This document shows positions 40,241 through 49,348 of a DNA stretch of 64,000 bases, one piece after another. A program made the position numbers and the translations under genes. The notes below the pieces were generated by a model. That model saw nothing but the letters and a program-made list of their open reading frames with translations. It was not told the DNA's origin and ran no database searches. This stretch comes from an uncultured Tenacibaculum sp. (GTDB taxonomy: Bacteria; Bacteroidota; Bacteroidia; Flavobacteriales; Flavobacteriaceae), in contig CANMIL010000014.1 in assembly GCA_947497895.1 (NCBI GenBank), positions 27,308 to 91,307 of the forward strand. The letters are read 5' to 3'. Position 1 is the stretch's first letter, and every line of letters starts with the position of its first letter.

Positions 40241-43063
40241 CTATTTCTCTGGGTTCAATACTCCAAGTATGTAACCATTTGCTAGATATTTTTTTGCTAC
40301 TTTCTGTAAATCTTTAACAGTTAAAGAATTTACGCGATCTTCAAATGTGAATGGATCTGATTTATCATTATTCATATAATCTATATTTTTCAAGGTTGAT
40401 AACCAAAAACGATTCTTTTTTAAGTCTTCTTTATGATCGTTAATCATTCCTTTTTGTGCTTTCATTAAGTCTTCAGCAGTAGGACCATTTTTTACAACAT
40501 CAGCTACTTGATCAACAGATATTGTTTTTAATTTTTCCACATTTTCAGGAGCACAAGGGAAAGATATTGTCATATTGTATTTCCCATATGGTAATTTAGA
40601 AATGCGTCCACGAGTTCTCGAAGAGTATACACCTCCTTCTTTTTCACGAAGTTTTTCTGTTAATTTAATACCGATGACATCTCCTAACAGTGTAAAAGCT
40701 AGGGCTTCTTTTTCATTATAATCGGTTTCTCCTTGATAGGTAATTCTAACGCTACTCTTAGGGTCTTTTCCTTTTACAAAAGTTTTCGAGTGAGAACCAG
40801 AAATAGGTCTAAAATCATGAACTTTATATTTTTCGTTTGAGTTTTTACCAGGTAAACTAGCTAAATACTTTTCAGAAAATTCTTTGATTTGCTTTTCATC
40901 GACATTCCCTACAAAATAGAAATTGAAATCTCCTGCATCAGCAAAACGCTCATGATATTTCTTATAAGCAAGATTGTAATCTGCTTTTTCATATGCTTCG
41001 GGAGAAGGGAATCCAGAATATCTTGGATTTCCGGCATTCATAAACTCACCCATTTCTTTTTGAAAATAGAAATTTGGACTAGCTAATAAGTTTCCTAAAA
41101 AACTTTTTTGTTTGTTTACGTACGATTTAAAAGCTTTTTCATCTTTGTTTAAAGCAGTAAAGTATAAATGAACCATTTGGAAAAGTTCTTCGGTATATTT
41201 TGGTGCTACCATTCCTCTGAACCCTTCACTTAATCCACTGATGTAAGGACGAACATTTACAATTTTACCGGACATCATTTTAGACAAATCATTTTTAGAA
41301 TAACCGTTGATTCCTGCTTCGAACAGTCCTCCATTTGCAAAAGTAGTGGCCTTTAAATCTTCATTAGAGTATAACGAGGAACCTCCAAAACTAAAAGCTT
41401 CGAATAGAATTTCGTCATTTTTAAAATCGGTCTTTTTGTAAATTACTTTAGCACCATTATTTAGAGTTAATGTTGTTGTTCCCAGTTTATCATTTTTCTC
41501 AGTGTAAACAACAGAACCTGGAGCAATAGGTTTTGTTATTAAGTTAGAAGCTACAACTTTGTCTTCATAGGGCTTTAGATCCTTTGTTTTAACATCATTT
41601 AATGCTTTTGTAACTTGATCTTTAGTAACAACTTTCTCTGGACCTGTAATAACAACAACGCGATTGTCATCATGAAGGTAGTTATTGATTAACTTGTTAA
41701 CTTCATCAATTTTAATAGTTGGTAACAGTCCCATATGAATTTTATATTCCCAGTCAATGCCTGGTATTGGTTCTTGTTCAAGGAAGTTATTTACGTATTC
41801 ACCAACAATTCTTTTAGACTCTCTTTTATCTTTATCCTTGAAAGATTTTTCCATACGAGCCATAATGTTATTCTTCGCTCTTTGAAGTTCCCCTGGTTGA
41901 AACCCATAACGCTTTACTCGTTCACTTTCATCTAATAATGCTACCAGTCCTTTTAATTGTCCATGAGCACTAGTTCCGGCCATTGATTGGTATGCATTTT
42001 TACCACGTGCCCACGTTCCTCCATGAAAACTAAAACCATAAACGAAAGGAGGGTTTTCACTATTTCTCAGTTCATCCAATCGATTGTTTATCATTTGACT
42101 GAATAGAGACTTTATAAGAGAGTTTCTATAATCACCCAAGGTTACCATAGGAGCAGCTTCGTCATAATCTTTATACATTAACTGTACTCGCGAAAAAGGA
42201 GCTTCTTTATCGGCTTCAATTCCAATAAAAGTTTCTTTATGATTTTTCAAAGGAGAAACCATTCTCTTTTTTGGATTTGCTGGTGTAGGTATTTTTCCGA
42301 AATGATCTTTTATTTTTTGCTCTAGAGTGGCAACATCAGCATCACCAACGGCAACAACAGCCATTAAATCTGGACGATACCAATCTTTATAAAAACGTCG
42401 TAGGCTTTCATGTTTGAAGTTTTTAATATTCTCTTCAGTACCAATAGGAAGGCGATCAGCATACTTTGAACCATGCATTACAATAGGTAAATACTTTTCA
42501 AGCATTCTACTATCGGCACCTCTTCGTGAACGATATTCTTCTAAGATAACACCGCGCTCTTCATCGATATCCTTTTCAGTTAAAAGAGCTCCATGAGCCC
42601 AATCTTCAATAATTTGAAACCCTTTTTCTAATTTAGCCTCGTCATCACTTGGAATTGGCAGAATATAAACAGTTTCGTCAAAGCCGGTATAGGCATTTAA
42701 ATGAGCACCAAACTTAACACCTATAGACTGTAGATAATCTATTAAGTCGTTTTTCTTAAAATTTTTGGTGCCATTGAAAGCCATATGCTCCATAAAATGG
42801 GCTAACCCAAGTTGATCTTCATCTTCTAAAATAGATCCCGCGTTCACTACTAAACGAAGTTCAACTTTATTTTCTGGTTTCGAATTTTGTTTGATGTAAT
42901 AGGTGAGTCCATTTGATAACTTACCAATTTTCACATTCGGATCCGTGGGGATCTTCAGTGAGGCAAGTTTATTGTTTACTGAAGCTTTGGATTTTAGTTC
43001 TTGAGCATGAGATGGTAGTACAAGAAAAGCGGCCAAAGAAATGGCGAAAAATAGTTTTTTCAT
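40241..43063 (-). CDS. M16-family (insulinase/pitrilysin-like) zinc metallopeptidase, secreted
   Basis: 940 aa with a signal peptide (SHAQ) and the inverted zinc motif HFMEHMAFNGT (H-x-x-E-H). The two-lobe length is typical. Confidence 0.88.
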   Translation of the reverse strand: MKKLFFAISLAAFLVLPSHAQELKSKASVNNKLASLKIPTDPNVKIGKLSNGLTYYIKQNSKPENKVELRLVVNAGSILEDEDQLGLAHFMEHMAFNGTKNFKKNDLIDYLQSIGVKFGAHLNAYTGFDETVYILPIPSDDEAKLEKGFQIIEDWAHGALLTEKDIDEERGVILEEYRSRRGADSRMLEKYLPIVMHGSKYADRLPIGTEENIKNFKHESLRRFYKDWYRPDLMAVVAVGDADVATLEQKIKDHFGKIPTPANPKKRMVSPLKNHKETFIGIEADKEAPFSRVQLMYKDYDEAAPMVTLGDYRNSLIKSLFSQMINNRLDELRNSENPPFVYGFSFHGGTWARGKNAYQSMAGTSAHGQLKGLVALLDESERVKRYGFQPGELQRAKNNIMARMEKSFKDKDKRESKRIVGEYVNNFLEQEPIPGIDWEYKIHMGLLPTIKIDEVNKLINNYLHDDNRVVVITGPEKVVTKDQVTKALNDVKTKDLKPYEDKVVASNLITKPIAPGSVVYTEKNDKLGTTTLTLNNGAKVIYKKTDFKNDEILFEAFSFGGSSLYSNEDLKATTFANGGLFEAGINGYSKNDLSKMMSGKIVNVRPYISGLSEGFRGMVAPKYTEELFQMVHLYFTALNKDEKAFKSYVNKQKSFLGNLLASPNFYFQKEMGEFMNAGNPRYSGFPSPEAYEKADYNLAYKKYHERFADAGDFNFYFVGNVDEKQIKEFSEKYLASLPGKNSNEKYKVHDFRPISGSHSKTFVKGKDPKSSVRITYQGETDYNEKEALAFTLLGDVIGIKLTEKLREKEGGVYSSRTRGRISKLPYGKYNMTISFPCAPENVEKLKTISVDQVADVVKNGPTAEDLMKAQKGMINDHKEDLKKNRFWLSTLKNIDYMNNDKSDPFTFEDRVNSLTVKDLQKVAKKYLANGYILGVLNPEK

Positions 43064-43190
43064 AGTGTTAAGTATTTGATTTCTAGTACAATTTACAAAT
43101 ACTATTGATATGAACTAATTTTTTAGTTGTAAAATACTGTTAAAAAACAAAGCCCTCAATTATTTGAGAGCTATAAAAAGTAAACATATA

Positions 43191-43322
43191 CGATTTAATT
43201 GTCTGTTATTGGTTATAATCATACTATTGCTGTCATTCCGAATTTATTTCGGAATCTCATCATCTGATAAAATAAAGATTTGTGATGAGAACCTGAAACA
43301 AGTTCAGGTTAACAGTTACGAT
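43191..43322. repeat. Triple-hairpin MITE/REP-like intergenic element, copy B
   Basis: Same orientation and architecture as copy A. The third stem is a perfect 8 bp here (AACCTGAA/TTCAGGTT). The second stem keeps pairing through a U-G wobble. It is bracketed by a perfect 9-nt direct repeat TACGATTTA (43189-43197 and 43317-43325). Confidence 0.75.
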
Positions 43323-43345
43323 TTAGAATCAATAACTGAAGTCAT

Positions 43346-43687
43346 TTATAAAATATCATTTATTACTTCTGGAGGTCTTCCAACTACGGCTTTATTCCCA
43401 TTAATAACGATTGGGCGTTCAATTAATTTAGGATTTTCAACCATCGCAGTTATAATTTCATTGTCTGAAAGCTCCTTACCTTTAAAGTTTTCCTTCCAGA
43501 TTTTCTCGTTTTTTCTTACCAATTCAATAGGAGAGATGTTAAGTAGATTAATAATCTCTGTTAGTTCTTCTACTGAAGGAACATTGTCTAAATATTTAAC
43601 TATTTCGAACTCTTTTCCTGAATTTTCGAGAATGGCAACTCCCGAACGAGATTTGCTACATCGGTTATTGTGATATATTTTTATCAT
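43346..43687 (-). CDS. ArsC/Spx-family arsenate-reductase-like protein
   Basis: 113 aa with MIKIYHNNRCSKSR, the N-terminal redox Cys motif of the ArsC/YffB family. The overlapping plus-strand 169-aa ORF is rejected. Confidence 0.85.
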   Translation of the reverse strand: MIKIYHNNRCSKSRSGVAILENSGKEFEIVKYLDNVPSVEELTEIINLLNISPIELVRKNEKIWKENFKGKELSDNEIITAMVENPKLIERPIVINGNKAVVGRPPEVINDIL

Positions 43688-44314
43688 TTAAAGACCTATT
43701 TTTACATTTAGTTTTTGAAGTTCCTCAATGTATTGAGAAGTACTTTTATAGTGGATGCCATGTAAACCATTTTTTCTCGCTGCAAGTACGTTATTTAAAT
43801 TATCATCTACAAAAACAGCAGTTGCTGGATTTTTAATCTCAAATTTTTCCAACGCAAGTTTATAAATTTCATCAAAGGGTTTTCTAGTGCTTTCTTTTCC
43901 AGAAACAAGCACATTATCAAAATCTTTAAAAAAAGGAAATAAGGAAACGCCTCTATCCCATGTTTCAGCACTCCAATTTGTTAAGGCAACGACTTTGTAG
44001 TTTGTTTGATGAATTAAATATTGCTGAATTTCAACCATTTGTTCAATGCTTCCTGAAAACATTTCTTCCCATCTATCATAAAACATTAAAATTTCAGTTT
44101 TATATTCAGGATATTCTTTTATTTTTTGCGCGTTGGCTTCAGCTATGGTTCTTCCTCCATCTTGTGCTACATTCCAATCAGAAGTACAAACATTTTCTAA
44201 GAACCAAGTTACTTTTTCATCAGTATTAAAAACCTTTTTATAAAGGTATACAGGATTCCAATCTACGAGCACTCCTCCTAAATCGAAAATAATAGTGTCT
44301 ATAGTTTGATTCAT
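43688..44314 (-). CDS. HAD-superfamily hydrolase
   Basis: 208 aa with IIFDLGGVLV (motif I, D-x-G here), LTNW (motif II) and FVDDNLNN (motif IV). Confidence 0.8.
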   Translation of the reverse strand: MNQTIDTIIFDLGGVLVDWNPVYLYKKVFNTDEKVTWFLENVCTSDWNVAQDGGRTIAEANAQKIKEYPEYKTEILMFYDRWEEMFSGSIEQMVEIQQYLIHQTNYKVVALTNWSAETWDRGVSLFPFFKDFDNVLVSGKESTRKPFDEIYKLALEKFEIKNPATAVFVDDNLNNVLAARKNGLHGIHYKSTSQYIEELQKLNVKIGL

Positions 44315-44316
44315 AT

Positions 44317-45414
44317 CTAATCTTTTTCTTTTTGTCCCATAGTCATTAAGTAAGATTTCAAAAACGGATTGATTTCTCCATTCATAACAGCATCGACATT
44401 TCCTGTTTCATGAGCCGTTCTTACATCTTTGACTAATTTATAGGGATGCATTACGTAGTTTCTAATTTGACTTCCCCATTCGTTTTTAAGCTTATTAGCC
44501 TCAATATCTGCACGAGCAGCTAAACGTTTTTGTAGTTCAATTTCATATAACTGGGATTTCAGCATTTGCATGGCCGTTGCCCTGTTATCATGTTGAGAAC
44601 GTGAAATAGAACATTGAATTTGAATTCCAGTTGGTTTGTGATGAAGTTGAACTTTGGTTTCAACCTTATTTACGTTTTGTCCACCGGCACCACTAGATCT
44701 AGCAGTAGTTATTTCAATATCAGCTGGATTAATTTCTATTTCAATAGAATCATCGGCAACTGGATATACATATACTGAAGAGAATGAAGTATGACGCTTA
44801 GCATTACTATCGAATGGTGATATTCTTACCAATCTGTGTACACCATTTTCTCCTTTTAACCAACCAAAAGCATAATCACCTTCTAGTTCAAGAGTAACTG
44901 TTTTAATTCCGGCGACGTCACCTTCTTGGTAGTTTAATGTTTTTATTTTGTAGCCTTGTTTTTCCGACCACATAGTATACATACGCATGAGCATTTCAGT
45001 CCAATCACAACTTTCAGTTCCACCAGCACCAGCTGTAATTTGAATTACAGCGCTCAAATTATCTCCTTCTTCTGAAAGCATATTTTTAAATTCTATGTCT
45101 TCAAGAGTATGTAGTGTCTTTTCATAATGATTAGTCAATTCATCTTCTTCAACATCACCTTCCTTATAAAAGTCATATAATACGTGAAGGTCTTCATTCA
45201 AGGAAACGATGGCATTATAATCCTCTACCCATTTTTTCTTAAAACGAAGAGATTTCATTAGTATTTCAGCTTCCTTTGGTTGATTCCAAAAATTAGGATC
45301 CGCCGTTTTTTCTTCTTCGTTAGAAATTTCAATTAATTTTTTTTCTATATCTAAATAACCTTTGAGCTTTTCAACTCTGTTCGATATATCTTTTAATTGT
45401 TCTTGTGTTATCAT
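44317..45414 (-). CDS. prfB: Peptide chain release factor 2
   Basis: 365 aa with the SPF tripeptide (RISPFDS) and GGQ ([10 protein letters not shown]). It is a single uninterrupted frame: GYLDIEKK is encoded as TAT TTA GAT with no in-frame UGA. Confidence 0.95.
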   Translation of the reverse strand: MITQEQLKDISNRVEKLKGYLDIEKKLIEISNEEEKTADPNFWNQPKEAEILMKSLRFKKKWVEDYNAIVSLNEDLHVLYDFYKEGDVEEDELTNHYEKTLHTLEDIEFKNMLSEEGDNLSAVIQITAGAGGTESCDWTEMLMRMYTMWSEKQGYKIKTLNYQEGDVAGIKTVTLELEGDYAFGWLKGENGVHRLVRISPFDSNAKRHTSFSSVYVYPVADDSIEIEINPADIEITTARSSGAGGQNVNKVETKVQLHHKPTGIQIQCSISRSQHDNRATAMQMLKSQLYEIELQKRLAARADIEANKLKNEWGSQIRNYVMHPYKLVKDVRTAHETGNVDAVMNGEINPFLKSYLMTMGQKEKD

Positions 45415-45527
45415 AATTACAACAAAAATAAGTTAAAATTTAAGATTGAAGAATGAAGAGATTAAAATAACTGAGACAATTTTTTAACTTTATCAAATCA
45501 ATTAAATAATTAAAAAGAGGTATAGTT

Positions 45528-46553
45528 TTGAGTAAAATTAATTTAATAAGTGATACAGTTACGAAGCCAACTAAAAAAATGCTTGAGGTTATGATGGCAG
45601 CCGAAGTGGGGGATGATGTGTTTAAATCTGATCCAACAGTAAATAGGCTCCAACAAAAAGCTGCGGAAATGTTCGGAATGGAGGATGCTTTGTTTTTTCC
45701 TTCTGGAACTATGGCAAATCAAGCGGCGATTAAAATTCATACTCAGCCTGGTGATAGAATGTTCTGCGATAAATGGGCTCATGTCTACAATTATGAAGGT
45801 GGAGGAGCGGCTTTTAATTCTGGTGTAACTTCTTGTTTAATTGATGGTGATAGGGGAATGTTTACGGCTGATCAGTTAAAGAGTTTGGTTGCAGGGAGAA
45901 ATGACATTCATACACCGTTTAATAGATTAGTTTGTATTGAGAATACAACGAATAAAGGAGGAGGAGCTTGTTGGGATTTTGATGAATTAAAGAAGATTCA
46001 TAAAGTTGCTAAATCGAATGAATTGGGCTATCACCTAGATGGGGCACGTTTATTTAATGCTTTAGTTGCTAAAAACGAAACTCCTAGACAATATGGTGAG
46101 TTGTTTGATACCATATCCATTTGTTTATCGAAAGGATTAGGAGCACCAGTTGGTTCTATTTTAATAGGAAGCAAGAGAGATATGGAAAAGGCATTACGAG
46201 TGCGAAAGTTATTCGGTGGTGGAATGCGTCAAACGGGATATTTGGCCGCTGCTGGTTTGTATGCTTTGGAGAATAATGTAGATCGATTAGATGAAGACCA
46301 CAAAAGGGCCAAGACAATAGGAGGGGTATTAAATACTTGTTCTTATGTTAAGAAAATAGAAACTATTGAAACAAATATTGTCATTTTTTATGTGGAAGAC
46401 GGAATCGATACGAACGATTTTATAGCCAAGATGGAATCTAAAGGGGTTTTGATGATTTCTATGGGAGAAGGTAAACTAAGAATAGTAACTCATTTAGATT
46501 TTACCGACGATATGCTGGATAAATTAATAAAAGAATTAAAAGAATATGAATAA
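45528..46553 (+). CDS. ltaE: Low-specificity L-threonine aldolase family PLP enzyme
   Basis: 341 aa with a TTG start. SDTVTKPT, FFPSGTMANQ and the SICLSKGLGAP Lys region are typical of threonine aldolase/GntG. Confidence 0.82.
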   Translation: MSKINLISDTVTKPTKKMLEVMMAAEVGDDVFKSDPTVNRLQQKAAEMFGMEDALFFPSGTMANQAAIKIHTQPGDRMFCDKWAHVYNYEGGGAAFNSGVTSCLIDGDRGMFTADQLKSLVAGRNDIHTPFNRLVCIENTTNKGGGACWDFDELKKIHKVAKSNELGYHLDGARLFNALVAKNETPRQYGELFDTISICLSKGLGAPVGSILIGSKRDMEKALRVRKLFGGGMRQTGYLAAAGLYALENNVDRLDEDHKRAKTIGGVLNTCSYVKKIETIETNIVIFYVEDGIDTNDFIAKMESKGVLMISMGEGKLRIVTHLDFTDDMLDKLIKELKEYE

Positions 46554-46595
46554 CATTTTATAGAGGTAATTCCAAATTGTAAATGGTTTAAGCAT

Positions 46596-46628
46596 AAAAA
46601 AAGAGAAGTTTTAACTTCTCTTTTTTTA
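46596..46628. terminator. Bidirectional terminator between convergent genes
   Basis: A7-GAGAAG...CTTCTC-T8, at the boundary of ltaE (plus strand) and the membrane-partner gene (minus strand). Confidence 0.65.
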
Positions 46629-47279
46629 TGTTGCCTCTTCTAGTTTGACGAGTTCTTTATAATTGTTATTTAGTTTATTCAATAATCTACCGTAGATAAG
46701 TTTATAGAAGCCCCAAAGTAACAAGAACATGATTAGTATTGCGATAGAAAAACTTATCATTAAAGAGGTAACAAAAGCATCTTTGTTTAAAGGAACTTCG
46801 ATACCATGCGTATTATAATATTCTAACAATAAATCTACATCATTAAAAAGTAGGGATATGAAAATTATATTAATTGTAATGGCAAATATTAGATTAAAAT
46901 ATACGTAATACTTAACAACTTTTCTAGTGCTCAGTATTTTTTGTATTAGTGTTTTAGTATTGTCGGAAATTGAAATTGATTTATAGTTTTTGTAAAACAA
47001 AATTAAAAAGACAGTAATAACAATATAATGAAGATAAACACTTGAGTAAACAAAAGTTTCAACATGAAGAGTTTCATATAATTCAATATATGAACTTCCT
47101 ACAAAAGAAAGATTTAATCCCGCCCAAAATAACAATTCTAAAATACCAATTATAAAAATCCATTTTACAATTGAAGAAGATTTCGAGCGTGACATTTTAT
47201 AAATATCTGCTTTCGAAACTTTATTAGTCTCTTCAGGTTGCTTATCCCAAGCTTTTTTATATTTATCTAATGCATCCAT
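46626..47279 (-). CDS. Sigma-factor-associated membrane protein (putative anti-sigma), copy 1
   Basis: 217 aa. It starts 7 nt downstream of the ECF sigma gene stop. It has a charged N-terminal segment of about 35 aa and then at least four TM helices. No zinc-finger anti-sigma motif is present. The role is inferred from position. Confidence 0.5.
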   Translation of the reverse strand: MDALDKYKKAWDKQPEETNKVSKADIYKMSRSKSSSIVKWIFIIGILELLFWAGLNLSFVGSSYIELYETLHVETFVYSSVYLHYIVITVFLILFYKNYKSISISDNTKTLIQKILSTRKVVKYYVYFNLIFAITINIIFISLLFNDVDLLLEYYNTHGIEVPLNKDAFVTSLMISFSIAILIMFLLLWGFYKLIYGRLLNKLNNNYKELVKLEEAT

Positions 47280-47837
47280 AGATTTCTTACGGGGTCAATA
47301 TTTTTTTTAATTTATCTTTAGCTCTGTTCATTTTCACTCTAGCATTTACTTCACTAATTCCTAATGTACTAGAAATTTCCTTATAAGGTTTGTCTTCTAA
47401 ATACAAAAAGATAAGAGCTTTATCAATATCATTTAACTTATGAATAGCTTTATATAATTGTTTTAACTGTTGTTCTTCAGTATCGTCATAATCATGAGAT
47501 TGTATTTTAAATGCAATCTCACTAATGTCTTGAGTTTTTACAGCTCTGGTTGATTTTCTATATAAAGAAATGGCTGTATTTAAAGCTACTCTATACATCC
47601 ATGTGCTAAACTTAGCATCACCTCTGAACTTGCTGTAATTTTTCCATAGCTGTATTGTTATTTCTTGAAACAAATCATTGTGAGCGTCAGCGTTTGTAGT
47701 GTAAATTCTACAAACTTTGTGCACAATATTTTGATTGTTTTCAAAATCAGCTAAAAATTTATTTTCAAGTTCCTTCTGCACTAAGTTCGGTTAAGTTTTG
47801 ATGTTTATAGGTAGTCCAAAAATATAAAACGTTACAT
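47135..47837. repeat. Tandem direct duplication, unit 1 (sigma gene, its leader, and the 5' end of the partner gene)
   Basis: Collinear without indels with 48508-49210 at an offset of 1373 bp. In the 495-nt sigma CDS I counted 26 substitutions by manual alignment. Confidence 0.85.
47287..47781 (-). CDS. ECF-subfamily RNA polymerase sigma-70 factor, copy 1
   Basis: 164 aa with a GTG start. Region 2 is DLFQEITIQLWKNYSKFRGDAKFSTWMYRVALNTAISLYR. The region 4 HTH is YKEISSTLGISEVNARVKMNRAK. Confidence 0.9.
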   Translation of the reverse strand: MQKELENKFLADFENNQNIVHKVCRIYTTNADAHNDLFQEITIQLWKNYSKFRGDAKFSTWMYRVALNTAISLYRKSTRAVKTQDISEIAFKIQSHDYDDTEEQQLKQLYKAIHKLNDIDKALIFLYLEDKPYKEISSTLGISEVNARVKMNRAKDKLKKILTP

Positions 47838-48046
47838 CATAACAATGTGTTTTTTTATTTTTTTTGACCATAGCTGTGCGCTATACTTTGATTTAAACAT
47901 CTTTCCGTAAAATAGAAAGACATTTAAAATCTTAATAAAAGTAAATAAGAGATTTTACATAATCTAAAGCCATTCGAATAGTAGAGGGCTTTCTATAAAA
48001 TAGTGAAATAGATTTATTATAAATTTTAGTTATAAAATAACACTAC

Positions 48047-48652
48047 TTATTTTTCTAATTGTTTTAAGTTTCTATAGTTTTTATTAAGCTTTTTTAAGAG
48101 AATTCCATAAAGTAATTGATATATCAACCAAATAATACCAATTAAAAGTGTACAAACAATTATCGAAATAATTATAAAAAACACCAGTTTTGTACCTTCG
48201 AATTCTGGGTGAGATTGTACTGTGGAAATAATAGCAACAAGAAATAATACACAGGCATAACCGAGGTTGGTTAGAATATAGTATTTAACGGTTTTTCTGG
48301 TTTTTAGTATTTTACTCATTAACTCTGATGTCGAGTCGGTAGTTTTAATATTCTTATAATTTTTGTAGAAAAAGAATATAAAAATTAAAAGTATGGGATA
48401 CATGATTATTTGAGAATACATCACAAAGTTTTCCATACCAAATTCTTTGTAACTTTTATAAAGTTGGTCGAAATCCCAAAAAAAGAAAGCACTGAAAGGC
48501 AAGAAAAATTCTAAAATACCAATTATAAAAATCCACTTTACAATTGAAGAAGATTTCGAACGTGACATTTTATAAATATCTTCTTTAGAAACTTTATTCA
48601 CCTCTTCAGGTTGCTTATCCCAAGCTTTTTTATATTTATCTAATCCATCCAT
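48047..48652 (-). CDS. Sigma-factor-associated membrane protein (putative anti-sigma), copy 2
   Basis: 201 aa. The first 49 aa differ from copy 1 at only 3 positions. The rest is much more diverged but still homologous (YKNYK, VKYY and LLxKLNxNY motifs retained). Confidence 0.5.
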   Translation of the reverse strand: MDGLDKYKKAWDKQPEEVNKVSKEDIYKMSRSKSSSIVKWIFIIGILEFFLPFSAFFFWDFDQLYKSYKEFGMENFVMYSQIIMYPILLIFIFFFYKNYKNIKTTDSTSELMSKILKTRKTVKYYILTNLGYACVLFLVAIISTVQSHPEFEGTKLVFFIIISIIVCTLLIGIIWLIYQLLYGILLKKLNKNYRNLKQLEK

Positions 48653-49210
48653 AGATTTCTTACGGGGTCAATATTTTTTTTAATTTATCTTTAGCTCTGT
48701 TCATTTTTACTCTAGCATTTACTTCACTAATTCCTAGAGTACTTGAAATTTCCTTATAGGGTTTATCTTCCAAATACAAAAAGATAAGAGCTTTATCAAT
48801 GTCGTTTAACTTATGAATAGCTTTATACAATTGTTTTAACTGTTGTTCTTCAGTATCATCATAATCGTGAGATTGTATTTTAAAAGCAATCGCACTAATA
48901 TCTTGAGTTTTTACGGCTCTGGTTGATTTTCTATATAATGAAATAGCCGTATTTAAAGCCACTCTATACATCCATGTACTAAACTTAGCATCACCTCTAA
49001 ACTTGCTGTAATTTTTCCATAACTGTATTGTTATTTCTTGAAACAAGTCATTGTGAGCGTCGGCGTTTGTAGTGTAAATTCTACAAACTTTGTGCACAAT
49101 ATTTTGATTGTTTTCAAAATCAGCCAAAAATTTATTTTCAAGTTCCTTCTGCACTAAGTTCGGTTAAGTTTCGATGTTTATAGGTAGTTCAAAAAGGGAA
49201 AACGTTACAC
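48508..49210. repeat. Tandem direct duplication, unit 2
   Basis: See unit 1 (47135-47837). Confidence 0.85.
48660..49154 (-). CDS. ECF-subfamily RNA polymerase sigma-70 factor, copy 2
   Basis: 164 aa with a GTG start. It is identical to copy 1 except one residue (DISAIAF versus DISEIAF). Confidence 0.9.
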   Translation of the reverse strand: MQKELENKFLADFENNQNIVHKVCRIYTTNADAHNDLFQEITIQLWKNYSKFRGDAKFSTWMYRVALNTAISLYRKSTRAVKTQDISAIAFKIQSHDYDDTEEQQLKQLYKAIHKLNDIDKALIFLYLEDKPYKEISSTLGISEVNARVKMNRAKDKLKKILTP

Positions 49211-49244
49211 TTTATTGGTACACTTTTTTCATTTTTCATGATAG

Positions 49245-49277
49245 ATTACAATTCAGCTTTAAAAAATTACAGTTCGG
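49245..49277 (+). promoter_or_regulatory. Candidate LytTR-type operator: two direct repeats with 21-bp periodicity
   Basis: ATTACAATTCAG (49245-56) and ATTACAGTTCGG (49266-77). The 9-mers ACAATTCAG and ACAGTTCGG are separated by a 12-bp spacer. The second matches [TA][AC][CA]GTTN[AG][TG] perfectly and the first has one mismatch. They lie about 70-100 nt upstream of the DUF2141 ATG. A near-consensus -7 box GATATTTG is at 49311-18. Confidence 0.5.
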
Positions 49278-49348
49278 TATCATTTAGTTTAGAAATAAAT
49301 GTTCTGTTCTGATATTTGCCCTGTAATTAATCTTAAATACTATTAAAA

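Noticed and set aside
43164-43673. 169-aa plus-strand ORF
   Set aside because: Its first third is a read-through of the MITE-like repeat (LLSFRIYFGISSSD...KQVQVNSYD). The rest is antisense to the well-supported ArsC-family gene.
45330-45414. Programmed +1 frameshift site in prfB
   Set aside because: I looked for the usual early in-frame UGA after GYL. Here the sequence is TAT TTA GAT (Y-L-D) and the whole 365-aa RF2 is in one frame, so no frameshift is needed.
47841-48046. Possible small gene or sRNA in the unique 206-bp spacer between the two sigma/partner units
   Set aside because: It has only weak hairpins (AAAGCC/GGCTTT; ATAGC/GCTAT) and no ORF of meaningful length. It most likely holds the copy-2 partner terminator and sequence upstream of the copy-1 sigma promoter.
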